A stretch of DNA of 64,000 nucleotides. Source: Macrostomum lignano (Eukaryota). The position numbers and the translations under genes are program-made. The DNA is taken from NCBI GenBank assembly GCA_002269645.1, contig NIVC01001177.1, positions 248,001-312,000 of the forward strand. The letters run 5' to 3'. The notes below the pieces were generated by a model. That model was not told the origin of the DNA. It was given only the letters and a program-made list of their open reading frames with translations, and did not search any database. Below, piece by piece: positions 25,544 to 38,330 of this stretch (position 1 is the stretch's first letter; each line of letters starts with the position of its first letter).

Positions 25544-26914
25544 CTGTCTGTCTGTCTGTTTGTCCGTCTGTCTCTGCTTAGACAGTCCAGTCCAGTCAGA
25601 TCCAGTCCAGATTTGCAACCATGGAGTCCTCGAGATGCCTAATAGAATCCAGCAGTATCATGTGATATCGAGCACAAAAAGTACACTGAACAGGAACAGG
25701 CATTCGGAGCACTGCTCCCACATCTAGGCGGCTTAGAGTGTCTTAGTGTCTTAGTGTCTGGCTTAGAGTGTCTTAGTGTCTTAGTGTCTTAGTGTCTTAG
25801 TGTCTTAGTGTCTTAGTGTCTGCCTTAGAGTAGTGTCTTAGTGTCTGCCTTAGAGTAGTGTCTTAGTGTCTGCCTTAGAGTGTCTTAGTGTCTTAGTGTC
25901 TGGCTTAGAGTGTCTTAGTGTCTTAGTGTCTGGCTTAGAGTGTCTTAGTGTCTTAGTGTCTTAGTGTCTTAGTGTCTTAGTGTCTTAGTGTCCGCCTTAG
26001 AGTAGTGTCTTAGTGTCTGCCTTAGAGTGTCTTAGTGTCTTAGTGTCTGCCTTAGAGTGTCTTAGTGTCTTAGTGTCTGGCTTAGAGTGTCTTAGTGTCT
26101 TAGTGTCTGCCTTAGAGTGTCTTAGTGTCTTAGTGTCTGGCTTAGAGTGTCTTAGTGTCTTAGGGTCTGGCTTAGAGTGTCTTAGTGTCTTAGTGTCTGC
26201 CTTAGAGTAGTGTCTTAGTGTCTGCCTTAGAGTGTCTTAGTGTCTTAGTGTCTGCCTTAGAGTGTCTTAGTGTCTTAGTGTCTGCCTTAGAGTGTCTTAG
26301 TGTCTTAGTGTCTGCCTTAGAGTGTCTTAGTGTCTTAGTGTCTGCCTTATAGTGTCTTAGTGTCTTAGTGTCTGCCTTAGAGTGTCTTAGTGTCTTAGTG
26401 TCTGCCTTAGAGTAGTGTCTTAGTGTCTGCCTTAGAGTGTCTTAGTGTCTTAGTGTCTGCCTTAGAGTGTCTTAGTGTCTTAGTGTCTGCCTTAGAGCGT
26501 CTTAGTGTCTTAGTGTCTGCCTTAGAGTGTCTTAGTGTCTTAGTGTCTGCCTTAGAGTGTCTTAGTGTCTGCCTTAGAGTAGTGTCTTAGTGTCTGCCTT
26601 AGAGTAGTGTCTTAGTGTCTGGCTTAGAGTGTCTTAGTGTCTTAGTGTCTGGCTTAGAGTGTCTTAGTGTCTTAGTGTCTGGCTTAGAGTGTCTTAGTGT
26701 CTTAGTGTCTGGCTTAGAGTGTCTTAGTGTCTTAGTGTCTGGCTTAGAGTGTCTTAGTGTCTTAGTGTCTGGCTTAGAGTGTCTTAGTGTCTTAGTGTCT
26801 GGCTTAGAGTGTCTTAGTGTCTTAGGGTCTGGCTTAGAGTGTCTTAGTGTCTTAGTGTCTGGCTTAGAGTGTCTTAGTGTCTTAGTGTCTGCCTTAGTGT
26901 GTCTTAGTGTCTTA

Positions 26915-26968
<54 letters not shown>

Positions 26969-28134
26969 CTGTCTGTCTGTCTGTTTGTCCGTCTGTCTCT
27001 GCTTAGACAGTCCAGTCCAGTCAGATCCAGTCCAGATTTGCAACCATGGAGTCCTCGAGATGCCTAATAGAATCCAGCAGTATCATGTGATATCGAGCAC
27101 AAAAAGTACACTGAACAGGAACAGGCATTCGGAGCACTGCTCCCACATCTAGGCGGCTTAGAGTGTCTTAGTGTCTTAGTGTCTGGCTTAGAGTGTCTTA
27201 GTGTCTTAGTGTCTTAGTGTCTTAGTGTCTTAGTGTCTTAGTGTCTGCCTTAGAGTAGTGTCTTAGTGTCTGCCTTAGAGTAGTGTCTTAGTGTCTGCCT
27301 TAGAGTGTCTTAGTGTCTTAGTGTCTGGCTTAGAGTGTCTTAGTGTCTTAGTGTCTGGCTTAGAGTGTCTTAGTGTCTTAGTGTCTTAGTGTCTTAGTGT
27401 CTTAGTGTCTTAGTGTCCGCCTTAGAGTAGTGTCTTAGTGTCTGCCTTAGAGTGTCTTAGTGTCTTAGTGTCTGCCTTAGAGTGTCTTAGTGTCTTAGTG
27501 TCTGCCTTAGAGTGTCTTAGTGTCTTAGTGTCTGCCTTAGAGTGTCTTAGTGTCTTAGTGTCTGCCTTAGAGTGTCTTAGTGTCTTAGTGTCTGCCTTAG
27601 AGTGTCTTAGTGTCTTAGTGTCTGCCTTAGAGTAGTGTCTTAGTGTCTGCCTTAGAGTGTCTTAGTGTCTTAGTGTCTGCCTTAGAGTGTCTTAGTGTCT
27701 TAGTGTCTGCCTTAGAGTGTCTTAGTGTCTTAGTGTCTGCCTTAGAGTGTCTTAGTGTCTTAGTGTCTGCCTTAGAGTGTCTTAGTGTCTGCCTTAGAGT
27801 AGTGTCTTAGTGTCTGCCTTAGAGTAGTGTCTTAGTGTCTGGCTTAGAGTGTCTTAGTGTCTTAGTGTCTGGCTTAGAGTGTCTTAGTGTCTTAGTGTCT
27901 GGCTTAGAGTGTCTTAGTGTCTTAGTGTCTGGCTTAGAGTGTCTTAGTGTATTAGTGTCTGGCTTAGAGTGTCTTAGTGTCTTAGTGTCTGGCTTAGAGT
28001 GTCTTAGTGTCTTAGTGTCTGGCTTAGAGTGTCTTAGTGTCTTAGGGTCTGGCTTAGAGTGTCTTAGTGTCTTAGTGTCTGGCTTAGAGTGTCTTAGTGT
28101 CTTAGTGTCTGCCTTAGTGTGTCTTAGTGTCTTA

Positions 28135-28184
<50 letters not shown>

Positions 28185-29555
28185 CTGTCTGTCTGTCTGT
28201 TTGTCCGTCTGTCTCTGCTTAGACAGTCCAGTCCAGTCAGATCCAGTCCAGATTTGCAACCATGGAGTCCTCGAGATGCCTAATAGAATCCAGCAGTATC
28301 ATGTGATATCGAGCACAAAAAGTACACTGAACAGGAACAGGCATTCGGAGCACTGCTCCCACATCTAGGCGGCTTAGAGTGTCTTAGTGTCTTAGTGTCT
28401 GGCTTAGAGTGTCTTAGTGTCTTAGTGTCTTAGTGTCTTAGTGTCTTAGTGTCTTAGTGTCTGCCTTAGAGTAGTGTCTTAGTGTCTGCCTTAGAGTAGT
28501 GTCTTAGTGTCTGCCTTAGAGTGTCTTAGTGTCTTAGTGTCTGGCTTAGAGTGTCTTAGTGTCTTAGTGTCTGGCTTAGAGTGTCTTAGTGTCTTAGTGT
28601 CTTAGTGTCTTAGTGTCTTAGTGTCTTAGTGTCCGCCTTAGAGTAGTGTCTTAGTGTCTGCCTTAGAGTGTCTTAGTGTCTTAGTGTCTGCCTTAGAGTG
28701 TCTTAGTGTCTTAGTGTCTGGCTTAGAGTGTCTTAGTGTCTTAGTGTCTGCCTTAGAGTGTCTTAGTGTCTTAGTGTCTGGCTTAGAGTGTCTTAGTGTC
28801 TTAGGGTCTGGCTTAGAGTGTCTTAGTGTCTTAGTGTCTGCCTTAGAGTAGTGTCTTAGTGTCTGCCTTAGAGTGTCTTAGTGTCTTAGTGTCTGCCTTA
28901 GAGTGTCTTAGTGTCTTAGTGTCTGCCTTAGAGTGTCTTAGTGTCTTAGTGTCTGCCTTAGAGTGTCTTAGTGTCTTAGTGTCTGCCTTAGAGTGTCTTA
29001 GTGTCTTAGTGTCTGCCTTAGAGTGTCTTAGTGTCTTAGTGTCTGCCTTAGAGTAGTGTCTTAGTGTCTGCCTTAGAGTGTCTTAGTGTCTTAGTGTCTG
29101 CCTTAGAGTGTCTTAGTGTCTTAGTGTCTGCCTTAGAGTGTCTTAGTGTCTTAGTGTCTGCCTTAGAGTGTCTTAGTGTCTTAGTGTCTGCCTTAGAGTG
29201 TCTTAGTGTCTGCCTTAGAGTAGTGTCTTAGTGTCTGCCTTAGAGTAGTGTCTTAGTGTCTGGCTTAGAGTGTCTTAGTGTCTTAGTGTCTGGCTTAGAG
29301 TGTCTTAGTGTCTTAGTGTCTGGCTTAGAGTGTCTTAGTGTCTTAGTGTCTGGCTTAGAGTGTCTTAGTGTCTTAGTGTCTGGCTTAGAGTGTCTTAGTG
29401 TCTTAGTGTCTGGCTTAGAGTGTCTTAGTGTCTTAGTGTCTGGCTTAGAGTGTCTTAGTGTCTTAGGGTCTGGCTTAGAGTGTCTTAGTGTCTTAGTGTC
29501 TGGCTTAGAGTGTCTTAGTGTCTTAGTGTCTGCCTTAGTGTGTCTTAGTGTCTTA

Positions 29556-29605
<50 letters not shown>

Positions 29606-29793
29606 CTGTCTGTCTGTCTGTTTGTCCGTCTGTCTCTGCTTAGACAGTCCAGTCCAGTCAGATCCAGTCCAGATTTGCAACCATGGAGTCCTCGAGATGC
29701 CTAATAGAATCCAGCAGTATCATGTGATATCGAGCACAAAAAGTACACTGAACAGGAACAGGCATTCGGAGCACTGCTCCCACATCTAGGCGG
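22025..29793. repeat. Higher-order satellite: 8-bp and 30-bp units plus (GTCT)n plus a unique 160-bp segment, six 1.2-1.4 kb copies
   Basis: The 160-bp segment occurs at 22965, 24181, 25572, 26997, 28213 and 29634. Confidence 0.96.
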
Positions 29794-30084
29794 TCTGCAC
29801 TCGTATCGCCTTTTTTCAGTCAGCACTTTCTCGGTGTATCTGAATAGGTAGCTCACAAATATCCGCTTTATTCACCTGGCACTCTCCCTCTCCCTGGCTT
29901 CTTCCTGATCGACTTATAGTAACCAGGTGCTTGAGACAGCCCCATTCCTGCAGACTATAATAAAATATATAATGTGCGTAGAAAAGTTTATTGCTTATCA
30001 AGATTTTTTTTCACGCATTTCCTGCGAATTGAATTATCGAAATTTTCTATCTGTATTTTTTAATCCCTTTGCCCTTTGTGCCTC

Positions 30085-30990
30085 CCTCTCCCTCTCAATC
30101 TCCCTCTCCCTCTCAATCTCCCTCTTCCTCTTCCTCTCCCTCTCAATCTCCCTCTTCCTCTCCCTCTCACTTCCCGTCTCCTTCTCCCTCTCACTCTCAA
30201 TCTCCCTCTTCCTCTCCCTCTCCCTCTCCCTCTCACTCTCCCTCTCCCTTATCAATCTCCCTCTTCATCTCCCTCTCAATCTCCGTCTCCGTCTCCCTCT
30301 CCCTCTTTCTCTCCCTCTCACTTCCCGTCTCCTTCTCCCTCTCCCTCTCACTCTCCCTCTCCCTCTCCCTCTCAATCTCCCTCTTCCTCTTCCTCTCACT
30401 TCCCGTCTCCTTCTCCCTCCCCCTCTCACTCTCCCTCTCCCTCTCCCTCTCACTCTCCCTCTCCCTCTCCCTCTCAATCTCCCTCTTCCTCTCCCTCTCC
30501 TTCTCCCTCTCCCTCTCACTCTCCCTCTCCCTCTCCCTCTCAATCTCCCTCTTCCTCTTCCTCTCACTTCCCGTCTCCTTCTCCCTCTCCCTCTCACTCT
30601 CCCTCTCCCTCTCCCTCTCACTCTCCCTCTCCCTCTCCCTCTCAATCTCCCTCTTCCTCTCCCTCTCCCTCTCACTCTCCCTCTCCCTCTCCCTCTCAAT
30701 CTCCGTCTCCGTCTCCCTCTCCCTCCCAATCTCCCTCTCCCTCTCCCTCTGCCTCTCCCTCTCACTCTCCGTCTCCCTTTCCCTCTCAATCTCCCTCTCC
30801 CTCTCCCTCTCACTCTCCGTCTCCCTCTCCCTCTCACTCTCCATCTCCCTCTCCCTCTCACTCTCCGTCTCCCTTTCCCTCTCAATCTCCCTCTCCCTCT
30901 CACTCTCCGTCTCCCTCTCCCTCTCCCTCTCCCTCTTTCTCTCCCTCTCTTTCTTCCTCCTCAATCTCCTTCCTTTTCCCTCTTCTCCAT
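30085..30990. repeat. CT-rich (CTCCCT)n-based compound repeat
   Basis: Almost pure pyrimidine on the + strand. Confidence 0.95.
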
Positions 30991-31544
30991 CTGCATCTTC
31001 CTCGTGCATAAACAAACTAAATTTTCATATGTCACTGTTTCAATTATTTCGCCCCTATCTGCGTTTTTCACCCTTTGCGCAGAGCTATCTTTAGCAATAG
31101 TTTTTAATTATTTCTGCTATTGAAAGAAACGGCGACGTGAAGGTTAATCCCATGTCTTACCGAGCCTTTTGAAACTCAAGCCTCCGCGAATGGCAGAGTC
31201 AACTTGATCCGACTTTCAAATGATAGCCAGGTTTATATCGTAAATAGCCACGTGGGAAACTGTTTTCTGCCAATATAAAATTTGAAGAAACCGTTTGATT
31301 AAAGATATCACTAACAGACGGTTAAATAAATAACTGGCCTCTATAAATATTGCATCAGACGGAGCATGGGAAAAATAGTCTAGATTAAAGAACTAAATGA
31401 ACTTTTCTGTGATTGGTTCATGTGAAGTATACTAGCAGCAAATTATTATTGATAATTTACGACTGCCAATAATCCAGACTCAGTTTCCTCTGAGCTAAAA
31501 TATTTCATCGTATATCACCCTCTCCCTCTCCCTCTGTCTGTCTA

Positions 31545-32375
31545 CGGCTGGCGCCCCCCCTGTAGCTGGCGCGCCCTCCGTAGCTGGCGCCCCCTCTGTT
31601 GCTGGCGCCGCTCTGTAGCTGGCTCCCCCTCTGTAGCTGGCGCCCCCTCTGTAGCTGGCGCCGCTCTGTAGCTGGCTCCCCCTCTGTAGCTGGCGCCCCC
31701 TCTGTTGCTGGCGCCGCTCTGTAGCTGGCTCCCCCTCTGTAGCTGGCGCCCCCTCTGTAGCTGGCGCCGCTCTGTAGCTGGCTCCCCCTCTGTAGCTGGC
31801 GCCCCCTCTGTTGCTGGCGCCGCTCTGTAGCTGGCTCCCCCTCTGTAGCTGGCGCCCCCTCTGTAGCTGGCGCCCCCTCTGTAGCTGGCGCCCCCTCTGT
31901 AGCTGGCGCCCCCTCTGTAGCTGGCGCCCCCTCTGTAGCTGGCGCCCCCTCTGTAGCTGGCGCCCCCTCTGTTGCTGGCGCCGCTCTGTAGCTGGCTCCC
32001 CCTCTGTAGCTGGCGCCCCCTCTGTAGCTGGCGCCGCCTCTGTAGCTGGCTCCCCCTCTGTAGCTGGCGCCCCCTCTGTTGCTGGCGCCGCTCTGTAGCT
32101 GGCTCCCCCTCTGTAGCTGGCGCCCCCTCTGTAGCTGGCTCCCCCTCTGTAGCTGGCGCCCCTCTGTAGCTGGCGCCCCCTCTGTAGCTGGCGCCCCCTC
32201 TGTAGCTGGCGCCTCCTCTGTAGCTGGCGCCCCCTCTGTAGCTGGCGCCCCCTCTGTAGCTGGCGCCCCCTCTGTAGCTGGCGCCCCCTCTGTAGCTGGC
32301 GCCCCCTCTGTAGCTGGCACCCCCTCTGTAGCTGGCACCCCCTCTGTAGCTGGCACCCCCTCTGTAGCTGGCCAC
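31545..32375. repeat. 18-bp GC-rich minisatellite (CTCTGTAGCTGGCGCCCC), locus 1
   Basis: Seen directly; the same family is at 42228-43520. Confidence 0.96.
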
Positions 32376-32407
32376 TCTCTGTAGTAGGCGCCTTCTTTAT
32401 ACCTAAG

Positions 32408-35400
32408 ACACTGTATATGTGGCAGTGCTGAGACACAGTGTCTATGTGGCAGTGCTGAGACACAGTGTCTATGTGGCAGTGCTGAGACACAGTGTCTATG
32501 TGGCAGTGCTGAGACACAGTGTCTATGTGGCAGTGTTGAGACACAGTGTCTATGTGGCAGTGCTGAGACACAGTGTCTATGTGGCAGTGTTGAGACACAG
32601 TGTCTGTGTGGCAGTGCTGAGACACAGTGTCTATGTGGCAGTGCTGAGACACAGTGTCTATGTGGCAGTGTTGAGACACAGTGTCTATGTGGCAGTGTTG
32701 AGACACAGTGTCTGTGTGGCAGTGCTTAGACACAGTGTCTATGTGGCAGTGCTGAGACACAGTGTCTGTGTGACAGTGCTGAGACACAGTGTCTATGTGG
32801 CAGTGCTGAGACACAGTGTCTGTGTGGCAGTGCTGAGACACAGTGTCGGTGTGGCAGTGCTGAGACACAGTGTCTATGTGGCAGTGCTGAGACACAGTGT
32901 CTGTGTGGCAGTGCTGAGACACAGTGTCTGTGTGGCAGTGCTGAGACACAGTGTCTGTGTGGCAGTGCTGAGACACAGTGTCTGTGTGGCAGTGCTGAGA
33001 CACAGTGTCTATGTGGCAGTGTTGAGACACAGTGCCTGTGTGGCAGTGCTGAGACACAGTGTCTGTGTGACAGTGCTGAGACACAGTGTCTATGTGGCAG
33101 TGCTGAGACACAGTGTCTATGTGGCAGTGCTGAGACACAGTGTCTATGTGGCAGTGCTGAGACACAGTGTCTATGTGGCAGTGCTGAGACACAGTGTCTA
33201 TGTGGCAGTGCTGAGACACAGTGTCTATGTGGCAGTGTTGAGACACAGTGTCTATGTGGCAGTGCTGAGACACAGTGTCTGTGTGGCAGTGCTGAGACAC
33301 AGTGTCTGTGTGGCAGTGCTGAGACACAGTGTCTGTGTGGCAGTGTTGAGACACAGTGTCTGTGTGGCAGTGCTGAGACACAGTGTCTGTGTGGCAGTGC
33401 TGAGACACAGTGTCTATGTGGCATTGTTGAGACACAGTGTCTATGTGGCAGTGCTGAGACACAGTGTCTGTGTGGCAGTGCTGAGACACAGTGTCTATGT
33501 GGCAGTGCTGAGACACAGTGTCTATGTGGCAGTGTTGAGACACAGTGTCTATGTGGCAGTGCTGAGACACAGTGTCTATGTGGCAGTGCTGAGACACAGT
33601 GTCTGTGTGGCAGTGCTGAGACACAGTGTCTATGTGGCAGTGCTGAGACACAGTGTCTATGTGGCAGTGCTGAGACACAGTGTCTGTGTGGCAGTGCTGA
33701 GACACAGTGTCTGTGTGGCAGTGCTGAGACACAGTGTCTGTGTGGCAGTGCTGAGACACAGTGTCTGTGTGGCAGTGCTGAGACACAGTGTCTATGTGGC
33801 AGTGTTGAGACACAGTGCCTGTGTGGCAGTGCTGAGACACAGTGTCTGTGTGACAGTGCTGAGACACAGTGTCTATGTGGCAGTGCTGAGACACAGTGTC
33901 TATGTGGCAGTGCTGAGACACAGTGTCTATGTGGCAGTGCTGAGACACAGTGTCTATGTGGCAGTGCTGAGACACAGTGTCTATGTGGCAGTGCTGAGAC
34001 ACAGTGTCTATGTGGCAGTGTTGAGACACAGTGTCTATGTGGCAGTGCTGAGACACAGTGTCTGTGTGGCAGTGCTGAGACACAGTGTCTGTGTGGCAGT
34101 GCTGAGACACAGTGTCTGTGTGGCAGTGTTGAGACACAGTGTCTGTGTGGCAGTGCTGAGACACAGTGTCTGTGTGGCAGTGCTGAGACACAGTGTCTAT
34201 GTGGCATTGTTGAGACACAGTGTCTATGTGGCAGTGCTGAGACACAGTGTCTATGTGACAGTGTTGAGATACAGTGTCTGTGTGGCAGTGCTGAGACACA
34301 GTGTCTGTGTGGCAGTGCTGAGACACAGTGTCTATGTGGCAGTGCTGAGACACAGTGTCTGTGTGGCAGTGCTGAGACACAGTGTCTGTGTGGCAGTGCT
34401 GAGACACAGTGTCTATGTGGCAGTGCTGAGACACAGTGTCTGTGTGGCAGTGCTGAGACACAGTGTCTGTGTGGCAGTGCTGAGACACAGTGTCTATGTG
34501 GCAGTGCTGAGACACAGTGTCTGTGTGGCAGTGCTGAGACACAGTGTCTGTGTGGCAGTGCTGAGACACAGTGTCTATGTGGCAGTGCTGAGACACAGTG
34601 TCTGTGTGGCAGTGCTGAGACACAGTGTCTGTGTGGCAGTGCTGAGACACAGTGTCTATGTGGCAGTGCTGAGACACAGTGTCTGTGTGGCAGTGCTGAG
34701 ACACAGTGTCTGTGTGGCAGTGCTGAGACACAGTGTCTATGTGGCAGTGCTGAGACACAGTGTCTGTGTGGCAGTGCTGAGACACAGTGTCTGTGTGGCA
34801 GTGCTGAGACACAGTGTCTATGTGGCAGTGCTGAGACACAGTGTCTGTGTGGCAGTGCTGAGACACAGTGTCTATGTGACAGTGTTGAGACACAGTGTCT
34901 GTGTGGCAGTGCTGAGACACAGTGTCTGTGTGGCAGTGCTGAGACACAGTGTCTATGTGGCAGTGCTGAGACACAGTGTCTATGTGGCAGTGTTGAGACA
35001 CAGTGTCTGTGTGGCAGTGCTGAGACACAGTGTCTGTGTGGCAGTGCTGAGACACAGTGTCTATGTGACAGTGCTGAGACACAGTGTCTGTGTGGCAGTG
35101 CTGAGACACAGTGTCTGTGTGGCAGTGCTGAGACACAGTGTCTGTGTGGCAGTGCTGAGACACAGTGTCTATGTGGCAGTGCTGAGACACAGTGTCTGTG
35201 CTGCAGTGCTGAGACACAGTGTCTGTGTGGCAGTGCTGAGACACAGTGTCTATGTGGCAGTGCTGAGACACAGTGTCTGTGTGGCAGTGCTGAGACACAG
35301 TGTCTGTGTGGCAGTGCTGAGACACAGTGTCTATGTGGCAGTGCTGAGACACAGTGTCTGTGTGGCAGTGCTGAGACACAGTGTCTATGTGGCAGTGCTG

Positions 35401-37020
35401 AGACACAGTGTCTATGTGGCAGTGCTGAGACACAGTGTCTGTGTGGCAGTGCTGAGACACAGTGTCTATGTGGCAGTGCTGAGACACAGTGTCTATGTGG
35501 CAGTGCTGAGACACAGTGTCTATGTGGCAGTGCTGAGACACAGTGTCTATGTGGCAGTGCTGAGACACAGTGTCTATGTGGCAGTGCTGAGACACAGTGT
35601 CTATGTGGCAGTGCTGAGACACAGTGTCTATGTGGCAGTGCTGAGACACAGTGTCTATGTGGCAGTGCTGAGACACAGTGTCTATGTGGCAGTGCTGAGA
35701 CACAGTGTCTGTGTGGCAGTGCTGAGACACAGTGTCTGTGTGGCAGTGCTGAGACACAGTGTCTGTGTGGCAGTGCTGAGACACAGTGTCTATGTGACAG
35801 TGCTGAGACACAGTGTCTGTGTGGCAGTGCTGAGACACAGTGTCTGTGTGGCAGTGCTGAGACACAGTGTCTGTGTGGCAGTGCTGAGACACAGTGTCTA
35901 TGTGGCAGTGCTGAGACACAGTGTCTGTGTGGCAGTGCTGAGACACAGTGTCTGTGTGGCAGTGCTGAGACACAGTGTCTATGTGGCAGTGCTGAGACAC
36001 AGTGTCTGTGTGGCAGTGCTGAGACACAGTGTCTGTGTGGCAGTGCTGAGACACAGTGTCTATGTGGCAGTGCTGAGACACAGTGTCTGTGTGGCAGTGC
36101 TGAGACACAGTGTCTATGTGGCAGTGCTGAGACACAGTGTCTATGTGGCAGTGCTGAGACACAGTGTCTGTGTGGCAGTGCTGAGACACAGTGTCTATGT
36201 GGCAGTGCTGAGACACAGTGTCTATGTGGCAGTGCTGAGACACAGTGTCTATGTGGCAGTGCTGAGACACAGTGTCTATGTGGCAGTGCTGAGACACAGT
36301 GTCTATGTGGCAGTGCTGAGACACAGTGTCTATGTGGCAGTGCTGAGACACAGTGTCTATGTGGCAGTGCTGAGACACAGTGTCTATGTGGCAGTGCTGA
36401 GACACAGTGTCTATGTGGCAGTGCTGAGACACAGTGTCTATGTGGCAGTGCTGAGACACAGTGTCTATGTGGCAGTGCTGAGACAGTGTCTATGTGGCAG
36501 TGCTGACACAGTGTCTGTGTGGCAGTGCTGAGACACAGTGTCTATGTGGCAGTGCTGAGACACAGTGTCTATGTGGCAGTGCTGAGACACGGTGTCTATG
36601 TGGCAGTGTTGAGACACAGTGTCTGTGTGACAGTGTTGAGACACGGTGTCTGTGTGGCAGTGCTGAGACACAGTGTCTTTGTGGCAGTGTTGAGACACGG
36701 TGTCTATGTGGCAGTGTTGAGACACAGTGTCTGTGTAACAGTGCTGAGACACAGTGTCTGTGTGACAGTGTTGAGACACGGTGTCTGTGTGGCAGTGCTG
36801 AGACACAGTGTCTGTGTGGCGGTGCTGAGACACAGTGTCTATATGGCAGTGTTGAGACACAGTGTCTGTGTGGCAGTGCTGAGACACAGTGTCTATGTGA
36901 CAGTGCTGTGAAACAGTGTCTATGTGGCAGTGTTGAGACACAGTGTCTATGTGGCAGTGCTGCGACACGGTATCTATGTGGCAGTGCTGAGACACAGTGT
37001 CTGTGTGGCAGTGTTGAGAC
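32408..37020 (+). repeat. 27-bp minisatellite (ATGTGGCAGTGCTGAGACACAGTGTCT), about 170 copies
   Basis: Seen directly. Rare variants recur at 783-bp (29-unit) spacing: 33031/33814 and 33421/34204. Confidence 0.97.
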
Positions 37021-37421
37021 AGGGAGCAGAGTAGTGCTAGAAATATACTATGACCATGCATACAATTTACCTTCACTGACGCTTAAGAAGCGTACTGCGC
37101 ATCTGAGCTAACTACATTCAAATACAAGCCCCGTATAGTCTCAGTTCTGTTGTGCGCGATCATCTACCTGAGGCTGCTAGCAACAGCATAGCAACGCATT
37201 GTTCTGCCACGTCGGTGCTAGTAAAAAAGCTAATTAATATTTAATGAACGCACAAGGGACTCTCAGGTTAGCAATCAGTGAATGTTCAGTAGCGCTAGGG
37301 ATTAGACAGATACGAGAGTAAAGGAAGGCTATAAATGCACCGCATGCGCTGTCTTCACACTGCTGAAGCAAACTTGAGATTCAATCCAAAGCTGCAGAAA
37401 GTAGAAAGAAAGAAGTGCAAC

Positions 37422-37688
37422 ATGTCAAGTTTGCTGCGCCATCGACAGCAGAAGCATTCTGAAGATGACAGACAGCAGTATAAGTATCAGCCTCTGCCAC
37501 CCTACGCTGATAAAGTCTATTTGGCCCGACAGAAGAAACCGGATCCTTGGTGGATTGTAGCTTTAGAAGTTGCCATCCTGTTAGCAACTATCTGCTTCGG
37601 CTATTATGCCTATAATCACTTTGATCATTTGCACTTTCACGTGACCAAGGCCTATGCTCACCTGGGCTACGAGGACGCTCAGCATCAG
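37422..37688 (+). CDS. Small single-TM Sel1-like-repeat protein, exon 1
   Basis: MSSLLRHR..., TM segment WWIVALEVAILLATICFGYYAY, then AYAHLGYEDAQHQ. Donor CAG|GT at 37689. An upstream in-frame ATG at 37335 is an alternative start. Confidence 0.8.
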
Positions 37689-37814
37689 GTTTGTGAAAAT
37701 GAATTTTGGCATGACAAGGAGAATCTGGGATCCATTCTCGGTGGCGTAAAACGCAGGAACTCTATGTAGCAATCCTTTACTCGTACTAAAAGGCTCCATT
37801 ATTTGGCGTCTTGG

Positions 37815-38200
37815 TTGGCACCCCTTGTCTCTTGGTGGGCGCCCCTGTCTCTTGGTTGGCGCTCCTGTCTCTTGGTGGGCGCCCCTGTCTTCTAGGTGGG
37901 CGCCCCTGTCTTCTAGGTGGGCGCCCCTGTCTCTTAGTGGGCGCCACTGTCTCTTGGTGGGCGCCCCTGTCTCTTAGTAGGTGCCCCCTGTCTCTTGGTT
38001 GGCGAAACAGCATGGGAGTGGTGAAACACGATTTACCATAGACAGTCACGGTGGGCTTCGTGAAACACGATCTACCATAGACAGTTACGGTGGGCTTAGT
38101 GAAACACGATTTACCATAGACAGTTACGGTGGGCTTAGTGAAACACGATTTACCATAGACAGTTACGGTGGGCTTAGTGAAACTCGATTTACCATAGAGA
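37815..38200. repeat. Intronic 21-bp (37815-37995) and 39-bp (38020-38200) tandem repeats
   Basis: GCGCCCCTGTCTCTTGGTGG-type and GTGAAACACGATTTACCATAGACAGTTACGGTGGGCTTA units. Confidence 0.9.
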
Positions 38201-38330
38201 GTCACGATGGACGTGGTGAAAAACGAGTTTCTTCTCAAATGAGATCAATTTTAAAGTACACAGCATCCTCAGTGAACGCAGTCAGCGACGATAAATGAAT
38301 CGTCCTCTCAATAACACCACAATACTGAAG

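Noticed and set aside
22069-29789. Repeated 150/177/146-aa ORFs, and the CRISPR-like repeat/spacer look of the higher-order array
   Set aside because: ORFs derive from the 30-bp unit. The 'spacers' are six near-identical copies, the context is eukaryotic and there are no cas genes.
31495-36531. 1654-aa and 1370-aa ORFs (SQHCHIDTV and VAVLRHSVY repeats)
   Set aside because: Stop-free translations of 27-bp and 18-bp minisatellites, open on both strands, with no non-repetitive domain.
32408-37020. CACAGTG (RAG RSS / Transib heptamer) in every 27-bp unit
   Set aside because: No ACAAAAACC-like nonamer at 12 or 23 bp; the heptamer is part of the unit's palindrome.
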